Source of the DNA: Fibrobacterales bacterium | Lineage (GTDB): Bacteria; Fibrobacterota; Fibrobacteria; Fibrobacterales; JAOPTW01 | Direction: 5' to 3' | NCBI GenBank assembly: GCA_051532035.1 | Contig: JAOPTW010000013.1 | Location: 32,001 to 96,000, forward strand | DNA length: 64,000 nucleotides | Shown: piece by piece, positions 30,977 to 40,916 of the stretch | How positions within the stretch are numbered: position 1 is the stretch's first letter | How the letters are laid out: every line of letters starts with the position of its first letter | Position numbers and translations under genes: made by a program | The notes under the pieces: generated by a model | The model's database searches: none | What the model was told of the DNA's origin: nothing | What the model saw: the letters and a program-made list of their open reading frames with translations, nothing else

Positions 30977-33319
30977 ATGTTGGGGAAAAAAACAAATATT
31001 TTAAAAATAGTATTGTTATGTCAGGGGCTTTTACTGATTTTACTTGTTATTAGTCTAGGGTATCTTCAGAGGCAACAAAATTATAACCATGAGAGAATGA
31101 ATAGTGATATTAGCAAACGGTATAATTCCCTAAGACTTTCTAATCAGCTTCGTCAAAGTTCAGATAACTTGACCAAAATAGTGCGTATGTATGCTGTATC
31201 GGGAGATAAAAAATACCAGAGGTTTTTTAATGAAATTCTCGATATCAGAGATGGGAAAAGGGAGCGTCCTTCTGAGTACCACGATATTTATTGGGATTTT
31301 AGATTGGTTGAGGAACCTGATGACACAATAACTACCGGTAGTGCGAGCTCGCTCATCTCTTTAATGGAAAAACAGGGTTTTAGCCGGGGTGAGCTTAAAC
31401 TGTTAGCAAAATCCAAGGTACTCTCCGATAGGTTGGTGAAACTTGAAACTATCGCAATCAACGCGATAGAGGGTAGGTTTCTTGATCAAAAAGGCCTCTT
31501 CACAGTAATAAAAAGTCCCGACCGAGAGTTGGCTCTTGAGATCCTCTTTAGTGATGAGTATCTGAAGGCAAAAAAAGAAATTATGCTCCCCATAAAATCA
31601 TTTATGATGCAGGTTGATGAGCGTACTTCCCAAACTCTGAAGAAAAATGAATTGGTCTTACACGCAATTGAAAAACGCCTGAATCAATGTGTTATAGTGC
31701 TGTTATTAATCATAGTTGCTTTTGCAGTAACGGTATACTATTACAGAGGAATAGTGCTTTCTGAAGAAAGTGCATTGCTGAATACCTATAAATTCCTTAT
31801 TGAACAGCCGAATCAAATGGCCTTTACTCTTGATATATTAACTGATTCATTATCATTTACAGGGGATGTTGAGGGAGTAATTGGGTATTCAGAACCAGAG
31901 TTCACCAATGTTCCAGTGGAAAAATGGAGGAGTTTACAGCACCCAGATGACCAAGAGAGGCTTACTGAAATTGTTGAAAATCTTTATGCTACCGGAGAAA
32001 ACTATCAGAATCAATATAGGGTGCAAGTCAAAAATGGAGAATATAAACATATTGATGTTTCGGGATATTTTATAAGAGACAAAGAGTCAAAAGTTTGTAA
32101 AACTATTGGGCTGGTCAAAGATATTGATAATCTAAAACAAATTGAGATTGAAAAAATAAGTCTTCAGGAAAAATTAAATCACCGAAATAAGATGGACGCT
32201 ATAGGCCAGCTAACTGGTGGTATAGCCCATGACTTTAATAATTCACTTGCGGGAATCATGGGGGCGGCAGAAGTAATGTCATCACGAGGTGAATCGATGG
32301 ATGAAAAAAATCGCGCCATGGTTGATATGATAATTAAAGCCTGTTCGCGTGCAGCGGATTTAACCACGAAGCTACTCTCTTTTGGGCGAAAAGGAAAAGT
32401 ACTCTCCAGTGCTATTTCCCTGCATGAAGTTATAGATGAAACCGCTGATATTCTAAGAAGAACTCTAGATAAAAAGATAGAAGTAAGAGTGAGCAAAGGT
32501 GCTGACTATGATTCTGTTATTGGTGATGGGTCAGAGCTCCATGGAGCTCTCATGAACTTATGTATCAATGCAGGCCATGCAATAACTAATAATGGATTTA
32601 TAGATATAGAGACCTCGAATGTTGAATTAAAGCAGAAGTACTGTAATTCAAGCAGTTTTGATATTATGCCGGGAAAATACATTGAAGTCGAGGTGAGGGA
32701 CAGTGGATGCGGAATCCCGTTCAATGAACTGTGTAAAGTCTTCGAACCATTTTATACCACTAAAAAAGAAAATGAAGGTACGGGTCTTGGGTTGGCTGCA
32801 GTCTATGGGACAATAGAAGACCATAAAGGATCAATTAATGTATATAGCGAAGAAGGTGTCGGGACCTCTTTTCAAATTTTGATTCCCTGTACAGAAGATG
32901 AAAGTATTGTAGAGGTTCAAGAAAAAAAGGTTATTAATGGCAACGGAACCATACTGCTTGTTGATGATGAAGAAATTATTAGGGTAACCGGGAAGACTTT
33001 ATTAAAGACTATGGGGTATACGGTTCTGCTCGCTGAAAACGGTGAGCGGGCACTGGATATTATTAGAAACAGTGAATCAGCAATTGATTTGGTTATTACC
33101 GATATGATTATGCCAAAAATGAGTGGCAGCGATCTTTTTATTAAACTGAAAGCTGAATACCCTCGTATTAATGTGATTATTTCATCTGGATTTGTAAAAG
33201 ATGAGCGTATAACACCTTTGGTTGAACAGGGACTGAATGGCTTTATTCGTAAACCTTTTCGGGATTATGAGTTAAGTGAACTGGTATCTTCAATTTTAGA
33301 AAATAATAATAAAACCTGA
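30977..33319 (+). CDS. Hybrid sensor histidine kinase (periplasmic helical sensor, PAS, HisKA, HATPase, REC)
   Basis: LRQSSDNLT..R.Y sensor motif, HPDDQE PAS, GGIAHDFNN, EGTGLGL, receiver LVDDE..DMIMP. Confidence 0.95.
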   Translation: MLGKKTNILKIVLLCQGLLLILLVISLGYLQRQQNYNHERMNSDISKRYNSLRLSNQLRQSSDNLTKIVRMYAVSGDKKYQRFFNEILDIRDGKRERPSEYHDIYWDFRLVEEPDDTITTGSASSLISLMEKQGFSRGELKLLAKSKVLSDRLVKLETIAINAIEGRFLDQKGLFTVIKSPDRELALEILFSDEYLKAKKEIMLPIKSFMMQVDERTSQTLKKNELVLHAIEKRLNQCVIVLLLIIVAFAVTVYYYRGIVLSEESALLNTYKFLIEQPNQMAFTLDILTDSLSFTGDVEGVIGYSEPEFTNVPVEKWRSLQHPDDQERLTEIVENLYATGENYQNQYRVQVKNGEYKHIDVSGYFIRDKESKVCKTIGLVKDIDNLKQIEIEKISLQEKLNHRNKMDAIGQLTGGIAHDFNNSLAGIMGAAEVMSSRGESMDEKNRAMVDMIIKACSRAADLTTKLLSFGRKGKVLSSAISLHEVIDETADILRRTLDKKIEVRVSKGADYDSVIGDGSELHGALMNLCINAGHAITNNGFIDIETSNVELKQKYCNSSSFDIMPGKYIEVEVRDSGCGIPFNELCKVFEPFYTTKKENEGTGLGLAAVYGTIEDHKGSINVYSEEGVGTSFQILIPCTEDESIVEVQEKKVINGNGTILLVDDEEIIRVTGKTLLKTMGYTVLLAENGERALDIIRNSESAIDLVITDMIMPKMSGSDLFIKLKAEYPRINVIISSGFVKDERITPLVEQGLNGFIRKPFRDYELSELVSSILENNNKT

Positions 33320-33359
33320 ATGATCAGGGGAAAGATCTTGATCGCGCACTAAAGTACCC

Positions 33360-33471
33360 CTCCCCCATTTCACATTTGATGAAGCATATTTTAGAAACGT
33401 AACGATGGAAATGACTAATATATCCAACTAAAATATTGGTTTCGGTTGTCTCATATGTTCAGCTATTATAG
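33360..33471 (+). repeat. 112-bp direct repeat, copy B
   Basis: Matches 30737-30848 at a constant offset of 2623 bp. Confidence 0.85.
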
Positions 33472-33591
33472 ATTGTCTGCATTGAATATGTCAGAAACTG
33501 CTGAATGAAAAAGTAATAGTTTTGTGTTAGATTTGAATACAGGTACAGAAGCTGTATAGTGGATACTGATATATGATTAGTCAACATTAAA

Positions 33592-33637
33592 AATAATGAG
33601 GGGTCAGGAGTTATACGACTCCAGACCCCTCATTATT
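33592..33637. terminator. Strong hairpin between convergent genes (likely terminator)
   Basis: AATAATGAGGGGTC-A-GGAGT...ACTCC-A-GACCCCTCATTATT. Confidence 0.75.
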
Positions 33638-33665
33638 GAAATTACACTGTAGATCGCAATATTAC

Positions 33666-34130
33666 TTATGCTATTGCAAGTTTACTTTTTAGAATAGTTT
33701 TCTTCATAGAAGTTATACGTTGAGATTGCGCTAAAACCTTTTGCTTTATCTGAGTAGACGATGTTCTAGGATTGTAACTCACTTGAACAATCTTTTTTCC
33801 CTCTGCTTTTAAGTAAGATTCAACAGCGATATTATGAGGTTTGTCTCCCCAATCTTCTCCAACTACAAAAATATCGATATTTAATTCTTTGCAACCAGAT
33901 ACATAGTCAAGTTCATGGTACGGGATCACTGTATCTACACAGTCTAAAGCCCTCAACATCTCCATTCGTTGGTCAAGAGGGACGACTGGTACGTTAGGCT
34001 TGTAAGAGTTTACTACGCTATCTGAGGCAACCCCCACAGCAACAACATCGCCTAATGTTTTACAGTATTCTAATAATGCTAGGTGACCTACATGTAACAA
34101 ATCAAATGTGCCTACGGTATATACAATCAT
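33666..34130 (-). CDS. Cytidylyltransferase (glycerol-3-phosphate cytidylyltransferase/TagD-like, HxGH family)
   Basis: GTFDLLHVGH, VVGEDW, RTSSTQIK. Confidence 0.9.
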   Translation of the reverse strand: MIVYTVGTFDLLHVGHLALLEYCKTLGDVVAVGVASDSVVNSYKPNVPVVPLDQRMEMLRALDCVDTVIPYHELDYVSGCKELNIDIFVVGEDWGDKPHNIAVESYLKAEGKKIVQVSYNPRTSSTQIKQKVLAQSQRITSMKKTILKSKLAIA

Positions 34131-34188
34131 CGTGTTTTTAACTCCTATAATAAAAAATGTTTATTTGTGTTAATAATCTCGTAACTTT

Positions 34189-34842
34189 TTAAAGCAGTTT
34201 CCAACTATAAATGCCCGTTATAGCAAGTGTATAAAGAGCAAGTATCCAGACATTGACGGGGTTTCCAGAAAGTTTTGGTGTTTTGATTTGTGAGACATTC
34301 AAAGCTGCAAGACCAAGAACACTCGAATACAAAATGATAGAAAAGGCGCTCTCACTAAAAAATGCTTCAGACATAAAAACAAAAACAAGTATTATGTTAT
34401 TGTTGTCAAGAGCCAACCCTGTGTATTTGGTTCCACCAGCAAGGCCAAAGGTACTAAAATAACTCAGACGTATTGCACTGGCGGCCATTATCACAAAAGC
34501 ACCAATTAAATATACAGGATCAAATTTTCCATAGCTCAGTAGTAGAATGGCTGGTGTAACGCCATAACTGACAATATCGATTAAAACATCAAGTTGCCCA
34601 CCAAAAGTTCGGTCGTTACCTGTTCGTCCTTTAATTCTACGTGCGATGAGGCCATCCGCCCAGTCAAAAGCAACAGCCCAAATCATACCAATCATTACTG
34701 CGGAGTAAACGCCCATAATGCTAAAGTAAATAGCTGACGTTGTACATGCTAACCCTGCTAGTGAGCACAAATTTGGCAAATCTTTTACATATGAAAGAAT
34801 GGTCGGTTGTGGTTCTTGTGATTCTATTTTGTCTGTGCTCAT
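34189..34842 (-). CDS. CDP-alcohol phosphatidyltransferase family membrane protein
   Basis: DWADGLIARR...GGQLDVLID signature; multiple TM helices. Confidence 0.92.
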   Translation of the reverse strand: MSTDKIESQEPQPTILSYVKDLPNLCSLAGLACTTSAIYFSIMGVYSAVMIGMIWAVAFDWADGLIARRIKGRTGNDRTFGGQLDVLIDIVSYGVTPAILLLSYGKFDPVYLIGAFVIMAASAIRLSYFSTFGLAGGTKYTGLALDNNNIILVFVFMSEAFFSESAFSIILYSSVLGLAALNVSQIKTPKLSGNPVNVWILALYTLAITGIYSWKLL

Positions 34843-34884
34843 AATACTCTTACCTGCTTATATTCGAATTAAAACATTATCTAA

Positions 34885-34961
34885 GTGATGTCGTGACTTT
34901 TGGGCGTTTTGTATTAGCGTCTTCTTGGGGATGATGATACAAAGAGCCAAAGTACCATCAC
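34885..34961. other. Long imperfect stem-loop upstream of the phosphotransferase gene
   Basis: Nested arms GTGATG/CATCAC, TTTGG/CCAAA, TTTGTAT/ATACAAA. Confidence 0.5.
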
Positions 34962-35591
34962 ACTGATTATTTGAGTTTTTCGTTGACTCAATTTGAATCA
35001 ATGCCTTCCATAGGTGTGGAGTCTATTTAAAGACGAACCAATGTACCTGAAAATTAAATTGATTCTGTTTGAGTACTCCAATAATTACTGAGCATTTTCA
35101 AACTTTGCAGCAAAGGTAGTATAAATTTCTGATTTTTATAGGGGGGGCGCTAGATGAGCAATCATTCAAAGCTTAATAATCAATTTTCTATTGCTAATAT
35201 TTATTAAAAGGTCAAGAAACGCAAAAACATATGTAATTCAGTAGCTTGGGTGTTGACATAAAGCCCCTCTCTCTGCATGGTACAATGTATATGTTATGAT
35301 GTTTATTGTAACGTAAGCAAAATGACCAGCTGTGTAGGCTTTTTTACTGTTGAAATATGAATGAGTTTCAGGGTTGTTGGTGGTGTAATAGTTACCAGTG
35401 TACCTCTATAGGCGCCTTGTAGTAACAGCGTTGTTTACTGAATTGGTGATGTTTAGCATGAGTTCAGTGTTTTGAATGTGCCTTGCAGTACCACTCCCGA
35501 TATGTGCCGAAATACTCCCGATAAAAAATTGCACTAATAAAATGGAAGCGGTTATATTTAAATAATGAACAGTCGACTTTGAGTTGTAAAT

Positions 35592-36794
35592 ATGAATACA
35601 CAAAATAATTCATCATATTGGAATGCAACGAGTGATTTAGGTTTTATTATTGATGCTACAGCGGTAATTAAAAAAGTAAATCGTTCTACAGAAAAAAAAT
35701 TAGGATATCGAGGTAAAGAGCTCGTTGGCGATTCCTTATTTCGTTATGCCCAAACGAACTTTCATGCTACAATAGAGAGTATTCTTAAGCAATGTAAATT
35801 AGGCAAAGTAAGAAGCGTTGTTGAAATAGGATTAAAAAATAGTTCCGGTGAGGCCGTTTGGATTGATGCGTCTTTAACGTACGATAGTAAGGAGAATACT
35901 CTCTACTGTATGGGCCGGGATGTTACTAATAAAATGCAGGCGGAACGAAAACTCTTTCAATCGGATAGCATTTTACAAATGGCAATTGATGAAGTACCCT
36001 GCCCAATAGCGATATATGAAATAACAGAAAAACCATTTCATTTACGGTATTTAAAAGTCAGTAAATCATATGCGGATTTTGTTGGGTACAGCATAGACGA
36101 GTTGATAAAAAAAGAGCGGAGTGATGTATCGTTAATGCTTAATAATGAAGACGTTGAAATGCTTACGGACGTTGCCGTAACGGGAAAAGGGGTTCAGGCA
36201 TTACCTGTAGTACTAACAACACAATTCGGTTATAATAAACAAATACTTCTTACTGCTTTAAAAGTAGAATACTCTTCAGGTAACTATCTGTATACATCTA
36301 TCGTAGATGTGACCGACCATTACATCGCAAAAACAAAAGTAATTGAACAAAATACAGAACTTGAATCTTTGGTAGGAAAGTTAAATCACAAAAATATTGC
36401 ATTGGCCGAAGTTGTTGATTCTATGGCTCAAGAAAAAACGCGATGTACAAATGAGTTATGCAAAGTCGTTAAGAACCAATTAGAACCGGTGATTAACCGC
36501 ATTCGTTCATATAAGTCCCCCGACTTGGGGATATTAGAAAGCTTAAATGCTATTGTCAGTTCTCTTGAAGGGAATGGACAGGGTGACCTAGAAGAAAAAC
36601 TTCTGAAGCTCTCAGCAAAAGAGTTAGAGATAGCGCTCCTTATTAGAAAAGGATACTCTTCAAAAGAGATTGCAACTATTTTTAGTATTGGCTTTAGAAC
36701 AATAGAGTCCGCGCGTAAAAATATTAGAAAAAAGCTGGGCTTACAATATTCATCAAGCAACCTAAAGAACTACCTTTCGAGTTTAACGGTTTAA
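35592..36794 (+). CDS. PAS-PAS-LuxR HTH transcriptional regulator
   Basis: Two PAS-like segments (ending GRDVT, VDVT); LSAKELEIALLIRKGYSSKEIA...TIESARKNIRKKLG. Confidence 0.92.
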   Translation: MNTQNNSSYWNATSDLGFIIDATAVIKKVNRSTEKKLGYRGKELVGDSLFRYAQTNFHATIESILKQCKLGKVRSVVEIGLKNSSGEAVWIDASLTYDSKENTLYCMGRDVTNKMQAERKLFQSDSILQMAIDEVPCPIAIYEITEKPFHLRYLKVSKSYADFVGYSIDELIKKERSDVSLMLNNEDVEMLTDVAVTGKGVQALPVVLTTQFGYNKQILLTALKVEYSSGNYLYTSIVDVTDHYIAKTKVIEQNTELESLVGKLNHKNIALAEVVDSMAQEKTRCTNELCKVVKNQLEPVINRIRSYKSPDLGILESLNAIVSSLEGNGQGDLEEKLLKLSAKELEIALLIRKGYSSKEIATIFSIGFRTIESARKNIRKKLGLQYSSSNLKNYLSSLTV

Positions 36795-36925
36795 AAAAGA
36801 GCTGTTTTAGTGGGCTATAGCCCATAACCCCTATAATACTACTCCCGATTTACCCCTATTTAAGTGGGTAGTCTTTGTCATTTTATTCCTTTATACTCAA
36901 ATTAGATTTCAAATAAGGTTTGACT

Positions 36926-37129
36926 ATGATCGATGAACTAACAATAAATGATATAAACACTGGTGCTTGCACTGACGTTGACAAGTGTGTACTCGAGCCA
37001 CTCATCCGAGCCTTAATGAAGCTCCTTGATTCGATAGATACCCAAGCGAGAATAACACTGATGCTTGAAGATATGAGAAGTAGCAAAATAATTTCACATC
37101 ACAAAAACAATTTACATAAAGTGGGTTAG
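36926..37129 (+). CDS. Small hypothetical protein
   Basis: 67-aa ORF with AAGGT RBS, ending 4 bp before the chemoreceptor start. Confidence 0.5.
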   Translation: MIDELTINDINTGACTDVDKCVLEPLIRALMKLLDSIDTQARITLMLEDMRSSKIISHHKNNLHKVG

Positions 37130-37133
37130 TACA

Positions 37134-39083
37134 ATGAGCATACAATCGTTATCATTGAAACAAAAATTTATCGGCATTTGCCTTACGCTTGGGAGCGTTC
37201 CCGTCTTATTAGTTGGGCTCATCAGCTATAACAATTCTAAAACGGCGTTATTAAATGAGGTTGAAGAAAAGCTGGAGGGTCAGGTAACCATGTATCAGGA
37301 GGTAGTTACTAATGATATACAGGCGGCACGTATGGAATTTACGGAGTCCAACAAAAGGGCGCAAAGCCTGATTGATCAACAGGCTCAGTTGGTAAAGGAT
37401 CTGATTGCATCGGAAAAAAATATTGAAAAACTGAAAGACCAATTAGCGGCATATACAATCGGTAAATCAGGCTATGTGTTTGTGTTAGATTATTTGGGGA
37501 ACTATATAGTGAGTAAAGGGAGGGCATCCGATGGTAAAAATGTAATGGATGCTAAAGATTCAGATGGTAATTATGTTATTAAAGAGATGATAGGAACTGG
37601 TAAACGCTCTGCTGCTGGGGTGATTACTATAATGGATTATAATTGGATTAATAAGGGCGAACAGCAGAGTAGAAAAAAAATGGCAGCTCTGATACATGTT
37701 CCGGAACAACAATGGGTAGTAGGAGTCTCGGCCTATTATGAAGACCTCGTGAGTATGGGTCAGGAAGAAAAAATAATTGCGCAGTTTAGAGAGAATGTAC
37801 TCTCCGCAAAAGTGGGTAAAACGGGATATATGTTTGTAATGGATCTAAAGGGTCTACTGCTTATGCATCCAACAGCAGAGGGGAAAAACATAGGATCAAA
37901 TGATTTTATTCAGACCATGATTCAAACAAAGTCTGGAGTGATAACCTATCTCTGGGAGGGTGAAGAAAAAATTGTAGCATATGACTATATTGCTGATAAA
38001 AAGTGGATTGTAGCATCGGGAAGTTATTTAACCGACTTTACAGATTCGTTAACGCAATTAGGCTGGATATTACTCTTCTTGTGTATTGGAATTATATGTG
38101 CCGCCCTACTCCTTTCTCTGTATGTGTCAAAAACGGTTATTAACCCAATAAATAATACAATCGAGGGTTTGCGGACAGGTGCTGATCAGGTTGCTGCGGC
38201 CTCAAGTCAGGTTTCGAGCTCAAGCCAATCCTTAGCTAATGGGGCGTCTGAGCAAGCTTCTTCAGCCGAAGAAATATCCAGTACTGTGGAAGAGCTCTCC
38301 GCTATGACTGCTCAAAATGCACAAAATGCACAGGAAGCCAATACTCTTTCAAATGAAGCGGGAGAGTTTACAAAACAGGGTCAGCAGGCGATGGAAATTA
38401 TGGCTGCTGCCGTAAATGAAATTAAAGTGTCAAGCGATAAAACGGCAAAAATAATTAAGGATATAAATGAGATTGCTTTTCAAACAAATTTACTCGCCTT
38501 GAATGCGGCGGTTGAGGCCGCACGAGCAGGAGATGCCGGAAAAGGGTTTGCTGTTGTCGCAGAAGAGGTGCGTAATCTTGCGCAAAGGAGTGCAGAGGCA
38601 GCTAACTTGACCGGCAGTCTACTTGAAGAGTCAAGTAGAAGTGCCGAAAATGGAGTTAAAGCCACTGAAGATGTTGATCAGATGCTCAACAATATTTCAT
38701 CTTCTGTTACAAAAGTAAACCAGCTTGTTTCTCAACTTTCGGTGGCGAGTAATGAACAGTCTACTGGTATTAAACAGATAAATGATGCAATGGGACAAAT
38801 GGATATAGTAGTGCAGGAGAATGCAGCAACTGCTGAAGAGTCGGCATCCGCCAGTGAAGAGTTAAACGCACAATCTGAAACGTTGAATGCAATGGTGTCA
38901 GATCTTGCAATCATAATAAAAGGCCAAAAAAGTAACGCGGTCATATACCATCAGTCAAATGAAAGGAGTGTAAATATGGATCGTTCAAAAGCCTATTTGC
39001 AAATACCCAAAAGTACTACTAAAAAAGAAGCGAACAAGTTTACGTATGATGAAGATGATCAATTCGCACTTCAGGAGTTCTAG
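37134..39083 (+). CDS. Methyl-accepting chemotaxis protein with Cache domains
   Basis: IGKSGYVFV and VGKTGYMFV Cache motifs, two TM helices, [17 protein letters not shown]. Confidence 0.95.
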   Translation: MSIQSLSLKQKFIGICLTLGSVPVLLVGLISYNNSKTALLNEVEEKLEGQVTMYQEVVTNDIQAARMEFTESNKRAQSLIDQQAQLVKDLIASEKNIEKLKDQLAAYTIGKSGYVFVLDYLGNYIVSKGRASDGKNVMDAKDSDGNYVIKEMIGTGKRSAAGVITIMDYNWINKGEQQSRKKMAALIHVPEQQWVVGVSAYYEDLVSMGQEEKIIAQFRENVLSAKVGKTGYMFVMDLKGLLLMHPTAEGKNIGSNDFIQTMIQTKSGVITYLWEGEEKIVAYDYIADKKWIVASGSYLTDFTDSLTQLGWILLFLCIGIICAALLLSLYVSKTVINPINNTIEGLRTGADQVAAASSQVSSSSQSLANGASEQASSAEEISSTVEELSAMTAQNAQNAQEANTLSNEAGEFTKQGQQAMEIMAAAVNEIKVSSDKTAKIIKDINEIAFQTNLLALNAAVEAARAGDAGKGFAVVAEEVRNLAQRSAEAANLTGSLLEESSRSAENGVKATEDVDQMLNNISSSVTKVNQLVSQLSVASNEQSTGIKQINDAMGQMDIVVQENAATAEESASASEELNAQSETLNAMVSDLAIIIKGQKSNAVIYHQSNERSVNMDRSKAYLQIPKSTTKKEANKFTYDEDDQFALQEF

Positions 39084-39263
39084 GTATTATGACCCTACTC
39101 CTCGTCATCACTTTTACGCTATAAGTGATAATGACGCCTATCCATCGTATACAGATATTCCTGATACATATGGGATTTCTGTACGGTGTATTGAAGATAC
39201 CTTGTAAAAAACGGGGTGATTCTGTAATCCCCCAATAGTAACCGACGTATTAAGTAGAGGTAT

Positions 39264-40202
39264 TTATTGTCGTTTATCAATACGAGTGGATTGACTGCCA
39301 CAACTATTAGCGCACACTTGCTGCCCATATGAATCGGTGATACAATCTGATACACAATGTATATCACAAGAGTCGGGGCAATTCCATTTGGAGTAGGTGC
39401 TACATTCGTATACACAGTAAGGCGATTCATCACATCCATTTTCATCGATGCCATTTTTAACAACTCCATCTTCACACCACCCATCAGGACGGGGCGCATA
39501 ATCGGGACAGTCATATTGTAAAATGGTAAATTCTGTATTATCAATTGCATCAATACCATCTACATCTACCCCAGGTGGTATATGGAGTTTATACACGATC
39601 GAGCTTGGGAAGGAGTACGTTGAGTCATACTCAATTATAATGCTGTCTACATATACCTCATGCGCTTGTATCCGTGTCGCTTCTTGTATAAGGCTACTGA
39701 ATAATGAGTCAAGTGAATATTGTTTGGTGGTGTCTTCAAAAGGCAATCCATCATTATATGTTAGGGTTATGGTACCTTTATTGTTGTAAATCAGAGGACT
39801 GTCGTCTATAAAGCCTGCGGTATTACGCTTGTATGAGTAATTGTCAGGCTCTTGTTCGCGGAACTTTATGCGCATCATTTTGAGTTTGTCTAAATCGAGG
39901 AGTGGTTTGTCGGGATCGTATTTAGTGGTATCTGAATGAATCAATCCGAGAGGTGTTTCACCTTCAGAATCGCTAGACTCGTCAGACCCAATAGAAGAGG
40001 AAGAGTTTTTGGTTTTGGTATCTGAAGAAGTTTCGGTTATTTCAGAGGATTCAATCGTACTTATTTCGGCAGAACTTGAGCTGTTTGATGGTGAACTACT
40101 TGAGCTTGATATATCATTGGCTAATTCTGTCTCGCTTGGTGTGGCCAAACAAGCTTGAAATAAAAAAGAAGCCACTAGTATGGATAACATATATTGTATC
40201 AT
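39264..40202 (-). CDS. Lipoprotein with Ser-rich linker and Cys-rich C-terminus
   Basis: ATG 40202 after GGAGGG; lipobox-like FQAC; poly-Ser linker; 11 Cys in the last ~85 aa. Confidence 0.8.
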   Translation of the reverse strand: MIQYMLSILVASFLFQACLATPSETELANDISSSSSSPSNSSSSAEISTIESSEITETSSDTKTKNSSSSIGSDESSDSEGETPLGLIHSDTTKYDPDKPLLDLDKLKMMRIKFREQEPDNYSYKRNTAGFIDDSPLIYNNKGTITLTYNDGLPFEDTTKQYSLDSLFSSLIQEATRIQAHEVYVDSIIIEYDSTYSFPSSIVYKLHIPPGVDVDGIDAIDNTEFTILQYDCPDYAPRPDGWCEDGVVKNGIDENGCDESPYCVYECSTYSKWNCPDSCDIHCVSDCITDSYGQQVCANSCGSQSTRIDKRQ

Positions 40203-40395
40203 AAACCCTCCAAAAGCATATACGTTAATTATAGTTCCTGCAGCTAAAAAACAGATAATTCGAATGGTTACAGAGGGTAATTGTGCTCTCATCTTGTGAG
40301 CATAAATAATATATCGTGACCATTTTGGAGAAGCTACGGCAGCTAATAATGGGGTGTATACCTTCGGTATATGGTTCAAATTTTGAGCCTACCCT

Positions 40396-40826
40396 TTGAT
40401 GCAAGCTGCGATATTTGAAATGTACCGGTGCGTAAAACCGGGAGGGTCATTGATATTCTCAACATTTGATATTGCAGCATTTATGCCTTATACTGATCTC
40501 TTCTTTGATAGAATTGAACAGTATGGAGTTGACGCGCCAACCTCTTCAAAAGCACTGTTGTCAGACGAAATTGCTATTCAACAACTGTGTGACACGATTC
40601 CATATAAGGCACTTGCGTTAGAAAACGAGGTATTTCTTATGCAATAACTAAAGATGAATGGTGGGCACAGCTTATGAATGCCGGATACAAGGGCCTCATA
40701 AATCAATTATCACCCGGATCTCTCCAACAATTCAAAAAAGAGCATTTAGCTGAAGTTGCCGTTGCACAAGATGGGGATTCTCTCTGGCTCGTGGCGGATT
40801 CGTGGTATTGTAAGGTTATGAAGTAA
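40396..40826 (+). pseudogene. 5'-truncated, frameshifted class I SAM methyltransferase remnant
   Basis: MQAAIFEMYRCVKPGGSLIFSTF stops at 40647; another frame continues ..DEWWAQLMNAGYKGLINQLSPGSLQQFKKEHLAEV..to TAA 40826; in-frame TGA at 40384 and no motif I upstream. Confidence 0.75.
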
Positions 40827-40863
40827 TTTTGGGAATTGATACTCAAAAAAGACAAAAAAAATA

Positions 40864-40889
40864 GACCCAAAAGCGATCACTTTTGGGTC
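40864..40889 (-). terminator. Intrinsic terminator
   Basis: GACCCAAAAG/CTTTTGGGTC stem followed by a T-run on the minus strand, just past the stop at 40917. Confidence 0.8.
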
Positions 40890-40916
40890 AAAATCATTCT
40901 GATGATAAGTGCTGTG

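Noticed and set aside
22544..35100. Integron-like cassette array
   Set aside because: No integrase and no RYYYAAC/GTTRRRY attC cores recognised; gene orientation is mixed
35253..35286. TTGACA...TACAAT sigma70 promoter; AAAGCCCCTCTC also recurs near 42984
   Set aside because: Spacer is 22 bp, too long, and the 12-bp match alone could be chance
39119..39559. 146-aa minus-strand ORF
   Set aside because: Alternative frame overlapping the lipoprotein gene, no recognisable motif
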